This document shows, piece by piece, positions 10,801 through 18,122 of a DNA stretch of 45,193 bases. A program made the translations under genes and the position numbers. Under the pieces are notes generated by a model that worked only from the letters and a program-made list of their open reading frames with translations, had not been told where the DNA came from and did no database searches. Numbering within the stretch: the first letter of the stretch is position 1; every line of letters begins with the position of its first letter. Source of the stretch: Opitutaceae bacterium (GTDB lineage: Bacteria > Verrucomicrobiota > Verrucomicrobiia > Opitutales > Opitutaceae); contig JANOCA010000578.1 in NCBI GenBank assembly GCA_031411915.1, positions 1-45,193 on the forward strand, read 5' to 3'.

Positions 10801-11346
10801 GCCAAACTCGTCGGTCGAGACGACGCTCTTGATGTTGCCGGCGAAGCGCTGCTCGTTGGCGGCGATCGCGCTGGCGTCGGTCTCGCGCGTCGATTGCACG
10901 GTGAAGGTGTCGAGCCGCACCGTGCCGTCCTTCGTGGCGGCCGAGAGGGCGCGGTTTTGCAGGGCGACGTCCTTGGTCGCCGTGCCGCCGGCGGCGACTT
11001 GCACCGTGAGCTCCTGTTCCTCGAAGCCCGTGAAGAACACGCGCAGCGTGACCGGCCCCGCGGAGACGCCGGCGAGCCGGTAGGTGCCGTCGTCGTCGGT
11101 GAACGTCACGAAATTGGAGCCCTTGATCGACACGCGGGCGTTGTTGAGGTTGGCGCCGCTGACGGCGTTGGTAATCCGGCCCTCGACCGTGCCGGTGCCC
11201 GGTGCCTGAGCCGATAGCGACGGGACCAGCAGCAGGGCGAGGAGTGCAGTGGTGAGGCCTGACAGGAAACCGCCGCGACGGCGGCCGTCTCGGCGTGTGG
11301 GCGGGTTGGTGCAAGTGGACCAACGCGAATCGGGGGTATTGTTCAT
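7813..11346 (-). CDS. TonB-dependent receptor with N-terminal carboxypeptidase-regulatory-like domain
   Basis: Signal peptide ending SAQ; GTVEGRITNAVSG beta-sandwich; VRLDTFTV TonB-box region; plug NPGEFLKYLPGI...VSVRGL...IGGSINL; NPDLNPW barrel motif. Start taken at ATG 11346 (MNNTPD). Confidence 0.92.
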   Translation of the reverse strand: MNNTPDSRWSTCTNPPTRRDGRRRGGFLSGLTTALLALLLVPSLSAQAPGTGTVEGRITNAVSGANLNNARVSIKGSNFVTFTDDDGTYRLAGVSAGPVTLRVFFTGFEEQELTVQVAAGGTATKDVALQNRALSAATKDGTVRLDTFTVQSTRETDASAIAANEQRFAGNIKSVVSTDEFGTMVDSNPGEFLKYLPGIDVEYFANNITGVSVRGLGANNTEMNFDGMAVASMNAEGVGRGFEVQYATMADIARAEIRKLPLPEDSSNAIGGSINLIRRSAFEYSKRQVRYQVLFRADGEDFTFKDMDGPKDRSVPRWRPNWQLSWTEPVTKNFGFSFVLGQEDTVVNTHWSLPRWNFGSAANDTAAAAAIAARQPVPTVPSNYNPAMNNALNHNAPLQQGKNYASTRLDWRPRRELTLGWSLSGTEGWKQVADDIRYVWHPSATGTGNVSRYNDASRTLGRVGGGSARQESPLWRDIYNPGISTVLDARWKSGQWELNAKGGWSNSRYQYYDQEHGFFNSTTVSGLTGLNNVPETGVGFGTANPIPLTLDFEHDYWGPKKITAWTTANGAASTNMADYNRPVDWGSHETQRIGGARARPGSSKEILTTTKLFAKRHFNFENPLSVQAGLDWSERFRNRRYDSLAWRFVGADGIPDSADDSTALIAADHLPRRPDSEYGYPGTARISLSKLQSLYKTNPRWFVFDEERSARLTLTQNAAYDLTETITAPYLQFDSRLLRNRLRLTGGVRYEKSEATARGLLTENSNAYMKYADGSTVRLNDRDAAGNLLVVNRGTANVVNYQLAFAPTVLPAVRTGAPIFTPAIQAAGNADRAAGKTTDTATNLGRASLAFTNAVYKAKGATNEGQNDGYFPSLHASYNISEKLVLQAGYAKTQGRIDFASALIPNNTISDDPITTGDAAGALGRITVQNPDLNPWTADNFEGRLSYYTDSGGVIGFGLFRKNVVNFQPVFDTPPMTAAEVTAAANQFPDVGIGPEYVGYSLQYRVNSGSARIDGAEFEFRQNLGALHRWGRGFNVTVTSSYLNRKGANGNELGVNRAWTNSANLHYRNRKFSGRFGYRMNGLQIENPRITSNSYVGRQVREAQHLIDVSFDYAVSKWARVFISGQNMLNGLRVTEQRFAERPGNYSLATSNSLGRTLTIGVTGEFGDLPFRLPWSR

Positions 11347-11916
11347 GGTGTGGGGTGGATGGACAAGGTGGACGGCCAGGGTGCCGGTCCGGCTGACCGG
11401 GCAGCACCGGGCGCGTTGTTCAGATTTCAACCCGGATGGGCGGCAAGCCGAGCCAGGAACCAATCACGCAGCGTTCTTTCCGGGACGGCGCGGCCATCCG
11501 CAAGGGATACGCCGCGACTCGGCGGACACAGGAGGGGTTGGTCATGGGTGGAAGTCGCGAGGGCGAGACCGTCGCCCTCCGAAGACGCACGAAGCGAAAG
11601 ATCCCGCAATGGCGATTTTAATCAACCATGAACGAGCCAATCGAAGAGGCGGCGGGCCCTTCAAATCAGACGCCCATGAGCCGGAAGCGCTCGTGGCGGG
11701 CGCACCGCTTTCGAGCTTGTGGCGGTGGCGGGCCCGGCCAGCAGCGCCGGATCAAATACCTGGAACCAAGTCACAGGTGAGCGGAAGCAGGGAAGTGCCA
11801 CGGACCCGACCGGGCCCCGTTCCAACGGGCTGCGACTGTCCCCTCTGTTCCTGGCCGGCCCACCATCTTCCGTTGGCTGACAGATGGCCGGCCCAAAAAA
11901 ATCCGGGATCACCAGG

Positions 11917-14900
11917 TTAGAAATTCAACTTCGCGGAAAGCGTGTAGTTGCGCGGGATGAGGTAGGAGAAATTTCCGGGCACCGTGTAACGCGCGGGGGA
12001 GGCGATGGTCTCGCCGGGGCGCGGGCGGAGGTTGGTGGCGTTGGTGCCGATCACGCCGCCGTTGCTGCCGTAGATGGGGGCGCGGCGGTCGAAGAGGTTG
12101 TCGATGTTGAGATCGACCTGCACGGAGCGGCCTTCCTTGAGGCGGAACGTGTAGGAGAGGCTCGCGACGCCGCGGTAATACGAGGGCGCGTAGACGGAGT
12201 CGCCCGGGCCCACCGTGGGATCGTCGATCGCGGTGGTGGGATTGGCGGGGTTGACGATGGTGTCGCTGCCGCGGTAGCCGACGACCTGGCCGCCGCGGTA
12301 GTTGAGGCCGGCGCCGACGCGCAGGCCCTTGAGGCGGCCGGTCTGGAAGCGGTAGTCCGTCGCGAGATTGCCGACCCACCGGCTGTTGCCGTTGGTCTCC
12401 TGCGGGACCTGCGCGGTGGTGTTGGGAATGACGGTGTCGATGAGGCTGTTCCAGCCGTTGACGGCGGTCTGCACGCGCTGCTGATTGATTTTCGTGGGGT
12501 CATTAAGCGCCGGGTTGATCGAGGCGTCGTTGTTGGCGTCGATGAGCACGCCTGCATCGGCGAGGATCTGGCGCGAGACGGCGTCCTGGCTTTTGAAGTA
12601 GGCGATGATGTCGGGATACTGATCGCGGACGAGGGCCTTGGTGTTGCCGGCGTTGAGGATCATGCGCCACGAGCGGGTGAAGTTGGCGGTGAGCTCGAAT
12701 TCGTAGCCCTTGGTCTCGGAGGTGACGGTCGAGTAAACGTTCTGCGGGAAGCGCGCGACGTTGCGGGCGTTGCGGCCGACGGGGCTGAGATCGCCGACGA
12801 CGGGCGCATCGGAGATGTTGTTATAAGCGCCGTTGAAGCCGGCCGGCGAAAGCACAGCGGTGCCGGCTTGGTAGGAGTTGAAGTGTCCGACGCTGAGTGA
12901 GAGCCGGCCGTTGGGCAGAGTGACGCGGATGCCGTAGTCCTTGCCCCGCGAACTGGTGGGAGCGACGAGCGTGCCATCGACGCGCTGTGAGGGCGCGGTG
13001 AGGTTGAAGGTCTCGGCGACGTTGGAATAGACGCCGAGCCAGCGCGTGACGTTGACGACGCCGCCGACGGTGAAGGTGTTGATGATGGGGGAAAGGGCCG
13101 GTGAGTCGTAGTCGTCGCGAAAGCGGTCGTTGGCGTATTGGGGCTGGGGGAGGTTGGCGCCGTTGATGTTCGCGCGCGGGCGCACGTCGGCGATCTGCGC
13201 GGGGCCGGTGGGAGCACCGGCGGCGTTTTTCGGGATATATTTCAGATCGAAATAATCAGCGGGAGCGTCCTGGCGGAAAGTGAGCGTGGTTCCGTCCCAG
13301 CCGGCGGGCATGTCGCCGGGGGCGAGCACGCGTTTGTCGGCGATGGTGGCGAAGTCGCGCCGGAAGGCGCCGATGAGGACGAGGCGGTTCTTGAAGAGGT
13401 CGAGGTTCCCGGCGCCCTGGAGAAACTTGTATTCGCGCAGGCTGTTGCGGTTGTTGTCCTCGCGGCGGGTGTCGAACATCCACGTCGGCGTCGCGGTCTC
13501 GGTGAGGCCGGTGACAGGATTGACCAAGGTGACGGGGGCGCTGGGTGGCGGCGCGTAGTTACGGTTGGGCTGGTCGGCGTAGAAGCGCGTGTAGATGGCG
13601 TATTCGCTGTATTCGAGATTATCGATCCAGCTGCGGGCGTCGGGCGCGCGGCTCTTGAGCGGGAGGAGCAAAGTGCGCGCGCGGGAGACGGTCCGGTGCT
13701 CGGTGAGGCCGGCCATGCCGCTGAACTGGAGTTTGCCGATGCGCGTGTCCTTGATGTAAACAGCCTGCGCGCGGGCGCTGCGCATCTTGTTCGTCCGGAG
13801 ATTCTGATACTCCATGAACTCCATGAACGGGCGCAGGAAGTTCGGGTTTGCGCCGCCGCCGGGGAGCGTCGAGTCGATGTCGATGTAGATATCCTGCCCG
13901 CCGCGGCGGGAGAGGCCGGTCTGGCCGTCGGCGTCGCCCTCGTTGACGTCGCCGGCGAGCTCGAGGAAGAGGCTGTCGCCGAGCTTGTAGTTGGCGACGA
14001 GGGCGAGGTCCTTGCCGATCTCGACGAAGGACGGGCGCTTGTTGCTCCAGACCGTCGTTGACTCGCGGGTCGGCACGCGGAAGAACCGCGAGCCGGCGAG
14101 CGCCCGCGCGTAGCGCTCGGACTGCGGGATGCCGAAGTCGTCATCGACCATCGCCTGGTTGTTGATCGAGAAACCGGGCGTGCGGATGGGCACGCCGTTG
14201 ATGAGGTTGGTGAGGGTGAGGGTGGTGTTCTGGGCGGCGCCCTTGGTGACGTAGCGGTTCTCGAAGTTCAGCACCCGGCCGCCGAAGTCGGCGTGCGTCA
14301 CCCAGCGCATGCCGGAGCGGACGATGCCGGCGGCGGCGAGCTGGGCATTGGTCGGCAGGGTCGCGGGGATTGAGCTGAAGGTCGTGACGCCGTCCCAGGC
14401 GGAGAGGCGATCGCGCAGCGAGGTCGTGCCCTTGAGCTCGCGGCTGCGGCCGTATTCGGCCTCGGCGCGGAGCGTGAGGCGGGGCGTGGCCTTGAACGTG
14501 GCGGCGAGGTGCGCGCCGTAGCGGTCGCGCCACTCGTTGTCGCGCCACGTGTCGGACTGATCCCAGACGACGTTGGCGCGGACGGCGAAATTGCGGTTGA
14601 GCGCTCGGTTCACATCGGCGGCGAAGCGGTAGCGATTGTAACTGCCGAGCTGGAGGCGCGCGCTCTGGAAATTTTTCGATGTGTCGGCCTGCTTCGTCAC
14701 GGAGTTCACCGTGCCGCCGACGCCGCCGGCGCCGAACAGCACGGCGTTGGGCCCGCGGCCGTAGTCCACGCGGTCGAGGTTGTAGCTGTCGGCGGTGACG
14801 ATGTAGGGGAAGAAGTTTCGCGTCGGCAGGCCGGCTTGGATGCCGCGCGTGCGGAGGGCGCCGTTGCCGATGGAGGTGCCAAACGCGCGGTTGGTGCCGT

Positions 14901-15237
14901 CGGCATCGACGACCGTGCTGTTGACCGACCATTGGGTGGCCTCGGCCACATCGGTGAGGTTAAACGCCTCGAGGAATTCCGCCGTCACGACGGAGTAGGC
15001 CACGGGCGTGTCCTTCAGCGCGGTGGCGATGCGGCCGCCCGCGAGCGAGCTGGCGGCGACGAAACCGACATCCTTCTCCGCATTGACCGTGAACGGCGTG
15101 AGTGTGATGCGCTCGTCGCTGTCCGCTCTTGGCGGGGGTGACGGGGTGGTCTGGGCCCGGGAAAGGGTGACGGCCAGCGCGGCCGTGACGAGGAGAAGGC
15201 TGCGAGTCAGGGTGAGTGCGGGCAGGATGGGTTTCAT
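11917..15237 (-). CDS. TonB-dependent receptor (Opitutus type)
   Basis: Signal peptide; ITLTPFTVNAEKDVGFVAASSLAGGRIATALKDTP; DSYNLDRVDYGRGPNAVLFGAGGVGG plug; C-terminal PRNYTLSAKLNF beta-signal. Confidence 0.93.
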   Translation of the reverse strand: MKPILPALTLTRSLLLVTAALAVTLSRAQTTPSPPPRADSDERITLTPFTVNAEKDVGFVAASSLAGGRIATALKDTPVAYSVVTAEFLEAFNLTDVAEATQWSVNSTVVDADGTNRAFGTSIGNGALRTRGIQAGLPTRNFFPYIVTADSYNLDRVDYGRGPNAVLFGAGGVGGTVNSVTKQADTSKNFQSARLQLGSYNRYRFAADVNRALNRNFAVRANVVWDQSDTWRDNEWRDRYGAHLAATFKATPRLTLRAEAEYGRSRELKGTTSLRDRLSAWDGVTTFSSIPATLPTNAQLAAAGIVRSGMRWVTHADFGGRVLNFENRYVTKGAAQNTTLTLTNLINGVPIRTPGFSINNQAMVDDDFGIPQSERYARALAGSRFFRVPTRESTTVWSNKRPSFVEIGKDLALVANYKLGDSLFLELAGDVNEGDADGQTGLSRRGGQDIYIDIDSTLPGGGANPNFLRPFMEFMEYQNLRTNKMRSARAQAVYIKDTRIGKLQFSGMAGLTEHRTVSRARTLLLPLKSRAPDARSWIDNLEYSEYAIYTRFYADQPNRNYAPPPSAPVTLVNPVTGLTETATPTWMFDTRREDNNRNSLREYKFLQGAGNLDLFKNRLVLIGAFRRDFATIADKRVLAPGDMPAGWDGTTLTFRQDAPADYFDLKYIPKNAAGAPTGPAQIADVRPRANINGANLPQPQYANDRFRDDYDSPALSPIINTFTVGGVVNVTRWLGVYSNVAETFNLTAPSQRVDGTLVAPTSSRGKDYGIRVTLPNGRLSLSVGHFNSYQAGTAVLSPAGFNGAYNNISDAPVVGDLSPVGRNARNVARFPQNVYSTVTSETKGYEFELTANFTRSWRMILNAGNTKALVRDQYPDIIAYFKSQDAVSRQILADAGVLIDANNDASINPALNDPTKINQQRVQTAVNGWNSLIDTVIPNTTAQVPQETNGNSRWVGNLATDYRFQTGRLKGLRVGAGLNYRGGQVVGYRGSDTIVNPANPTTAIDDPTVGPGDSVYAPSYYRGVASLSYTFRLKEGRSVQVDLNIDNLFDRRAPIYGSNGGVIGTNATNLRPRPGETIASPARYTVPGNFSYLIPRNYTLSAKLNF

Positions 15238-15384
15238 GGTGCAGGAAAAGAGGGTGCTGGCAGTGGCGGCCGGTGGGGCGCGGCAAGCCTGTGCGTCAAC
15301 CGACGTGCGCGGGCACGGCGGGGTGGTGACTGAGTGGGGGTGATGAGAGGAAGCTGAGGGTGGAGGGCGGGCGAAGCGATCTTG

Positions 15385-15413
15385 TTTTCATCCGCCGGGA
15401 CGACGGATGAAAA
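15385..15413. promoter_or_regulatory. 10-bp inverted repeat in the divergent TBDR/msrA intergenic region
   Basis: TTTTCATCCG-N9-CGGATGAAAA; function unknown (operator or hairpin). Confidence 0.35.
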
Positions 15414-15625
15414 GCGAGGCTCGCACACCGGCACTCGCCGGGCAGGCGAGGAGAGCATTAGCCGAGCGGGGGCAACGTTAGCAACGCGCCGGCAATTTTC
15501 GGGGGAACCCCACGCGAGTGCCCGCGCGGGTTGGACCGATAAAGGCAAAGCCAGCCAGCGGGGCGCGCCTTGGCCGCTTGCGCGCGGAATAGTTCCGCCC
15601 ACAGTGGGCTCTCATCCTCATCCCG

Positions 15626-16234
15626 ATGAAATGCCTCACCATCCTCGCCGCGCTTTGCGCCCAAGCCTGTCTTACCATGAATGCTGCCGCTCCCAAACTC
15701 GAATCCCTCGTCCTCGGCGGCGGCTGCTTCTGGTGCACCGAGGCCGCCTATGAAATCCTGCCCGGCGTTAAGGACGTCGTCAGCGGCTACGCCGGCGGCC
15801 ACGTGCCGAATCCCACCTACGAGCAGATCGGCACGAAGAAAACCGGCCACGCCGAGGTGATCAAAATCGACTACGATCCGACGGTCGTCTCGCTCGAGAA
15901 GCTGCTCGAATATTTCTGGCAGGTGCACAACCCGACGCAGGTCGGCGGGCAGGGCAACGACCACGGCCCGCAGTATCGCTCCATCATCCTCTTTGCCTCG
16001 CCGGAGCAGAAAGCCGCCGCTGAGAAGTCAAAGGCCAAGGCCGCGCAGGAATTCCGCGATCCGATCACGACCGAGATCGTCGCGCTGGAAAAATTCTGGG
16101 TCGCCGAGAAATACCATCAGGACTACTTCCGGCTGAATCCCAACGCCGGCTACTGCGCCTATGTGATCGCGCCCAAGGTGAAGAAGCTGAAGGAGCAGGT
16201 GGCGGCGGAAAAGGCGGGCGCGGCGAAAAAGTAG
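15626..16234 (+). CDS. msrA: Peptide-methionine (S)-S-oxide reductase, possibly exported
   Basis: GGGCFWCTE, SGYAGG, TGHAE, QGNDHGPQYRS, AEKYHQDYF, GYC; hydrophobic N-terminal leader. Confidence 0.96.
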   Translation: MKCLTILAALCAQACLTMNAAAPKLESLVLGGGCFWCTEAAYEILPGVKDVVSGYAGGHVPNPTYEQIGTKKTGHAEVIKIDYDPTVVSLEKLLEYFWQVHNPTQVGGQGNDHGPQYRSIILFASPEQKAAAEKSKAKAAQEFRDPITTEIVALEKFWVAEKYHQDYFRLNPNAGYCAYVIAPKVKKLKEQVAAEKAGAAKK

Positions 16235-16252
16235 CGCGGCGCTGTGGGCAGC

Positions 16253-18061
16253 TCAGTCTTTCTTTCCGCTCCACTCAAAGTTGTAGGAAAAGGTCACCTG
16301 CTCGCCGTCCCATTGCAGCTTCATGAGCTTGAACGCGACGCTGAGGTCCGGTGAACCCGCGAGGTAGCGGCGCAATTGCTCCTCGTTCGCGGGTGGCTGG
16401 CCGGGATGTTCTGCCAAGTAGGCGACTTGCGCGAGCATCGGGCGGCCGGCTTCGATCAATTTGTCCGCGATCGGCAGGTAGGGCAGAACTTGGCCGAGGT
16501 CGGCGACGGCGGCGCCTGGGTTCGCCGAGACGAAGCGGCGCACGGCTTCTTTCAGTTCGTGGCCGAAGGCATCCTCGCCGCCGACAGAGGCGAACAGACG
16601 ATCCATCGAGCTCTTCATGCCCTCCACCATCGCCGTCAGTCCCGGCATCATTTCGGTGGCGAGAGCGCTGTCTGGTCCGAGGGCCGCATCGACCGCCTTG
16701 GCGGCGCGGGCGAGCGCGTCCATCTCGGTCTCGCCTGCGGCCGGCGCGAAGTCGGCGTTGTTTTTCATGTGCCAGCCGTCGAGGCCGACGGAGAGGAGCA
16801 GGTCGGAGGTGGGTCTTTCGCGCAGGAGCTTCTCGTCGGGTTCCCCGAGTTTTCCGCTCCGCGTGGGTTCGTAGCGTGCGAGCATCTCGGTATCGGCGGG
16901 CGCGTCCAGGTAAGGGGTCAGCTGCGCGATGTCACCGGGGAGAACGCCACCGCGGGCGTCGGTGAAGCGGCGCAGCGCGGACTGGAGGTGAGTGGCGAAT
17001 TTCTTGCGCGCCAGCGACCGCAGCTTCGCGAGAGCCACGCGGATGTCGGCGGCGGAATCGAGTTCATGCGCGCGGGCGACTTCCGTCCAATCCGCCGGTG
17101 CGAGCAGCCGGAGCTCGGGCAGACTCTGCGCGGGCAGCTCGGCGAAAAGCTGCCGCAGGAGCGCGACCCGCATATCCTCCGGTGAGCCCGGCGTGACGCG
17201 CCCGGCGGCGGAGTTGGTTCGCGGAAGGGCGATCGAAGCCGCCGCCGGTGCCGCCGCGAGAGGCGCCGGGGCGGTGGCGACTTGGGGCGGCGGCGGATTT
17301 GGGCGCGATGCGACTTGGTGGACGACAATCGCGACAAGGGCGGCGACCCCGCCGGCGACGAGCGCCTTCTGGGCGAAGGTCAAGACAGCGACAGATGCGG
17401 TGGTGGTGATCGCGGTGCCGGAGACGACCGTCGCGGAAATGAGGCCCGTGAGCCCGGCCGGCGCGGTAAGGATCGCGTGGGCTGACAGGTGGGTCGCGAA
17501 CGCTGTGGCCGAGACCGTCACACCGCGGCGGGTGAGAAAGGCGCGCAGCTGATCGAGGGCGCGGCTCACGCGCTTCTGCGCGGCGTCGTCGCTCGTGCCG
17601 AGTGCGGCGCCGACTTCACGGAGACTCTTGTTTTGGAAATAGCGCAGGAGGACCGCGTGGCGATCGGTGGCGTCGAGGGACTCCACGGCTTCGTCGAGCA
17701 GCGGCTCGATCGAGATCCAAGGCTCGAGGGTTGAATTCATGGCGGCGTCCTCGGTCAGGAGTGCGGCGGCCGCTTCGCGCGCCTGTCGGCGCGACTCGCG
17801 GCGCACGGTGTCGATCGCCGTCCGTCGGCTCACGACATGCAGCCAAGCGACGAGCGGAGTGCCGGGCTTCAGCGCGCGGGCGTGACGCGCCAGATCGATG
17901 AAGACGGCCTGCGCCACGTCCTCGGCGAGTTGCGCGGAGCCCGTGACGCGACGGGCGACGGAGTAGGCGAGGTTCAGATGGCGCTCGACGAGCGCCGAGA
18001 AGGCGGCCTCGGAGTTTTCCTCGGCGTAGCGGCTCAGGAGATCGTGGTCACTCGGTGACAT
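16253..18061 (-). CDS. ECF sigma-70 factor with long C-terminal extension (TM helix plus extracytoplasmic domain)
   Basis: Region 2 SEAAFSALVERH...AEDVAQAVF...AWL; region 4 VLLRYFQNKSLREVGAALGTSDDAAQKRVSRAL; then TM segment ALVAGGVAALVAIVV and about 350 further residues. Confidence 0.88.
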   Translation of the reverse strand: MSPSDHDLLSRYAEENSEAAFSALVERHLNLAYSVARRVTGSAQLAEDVAQAVFIDLARHARALKPGTPLVAWLHVVSRRTAIDTVRRESRRQAREAAAALLTEDAAMNSTLEPWISIEPLLDEAVESLDATDRHAVLLRYFQNKSLREVGAALGTSDDAAQKRVSRALDQLRAFLTRRGVTVSATAFATHLSAHAILTAPAGLTGLISATVVSGTAITTTASVAVLTFAQKALVAGGVAALVAIVVHQVASRPNPPPPQVATAPAPLAAAPAAASIALPRTNSAAGRVTPGSPEDMRVALLRQLFAELPAQSLPELRLLAPADWTEVARAHELDSAADIRVALAKLRSLARKKFATHLQSALRRFTDARGGVLPGDIAQLTPYLDAPADTEMLARYEPTRSGKLGEPDEKLLRERPTSDLLLSVGLDGWHMKNNADFAPAAGETEMDALARAAKAVDAALGPDSALATEMMPGLTAMVEGMKSSMDRLFASVGGEDAFGHELKEAVRRFVSANPGAAVADLGQVLPYLPIADKLIEAGRPMLAQVAYLAEHPGQPPANEEQLRRYLAGSPDLSVAFKLMKLQWDGEQVTFSYNFEWSGKKD

Positions 18062-18122
18062 TCCGATCTGCTATCGCCGCCCGCTGCGGAATCCGACACG
18101 AAATCCCAAAGAAAACTTCCGT

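Noticed and set aside
7690-11217. 1175-aa plus-strand ORF
   Set aside because: Antisense shadow of the TonB receptor.
11625-11642. Possible sigma54 promoter (minus-strand TTGGCTCGTTCATGG)
   Set aside because: Lacks the invariant GC at -12.
11853-11901. Hairpin plus A-run as terminator of the 11917-15237 gene
   Set aside because: On the coding (-) strand the T-run precedes the hairpin, which is the wrong order for an intrinsic terminator.
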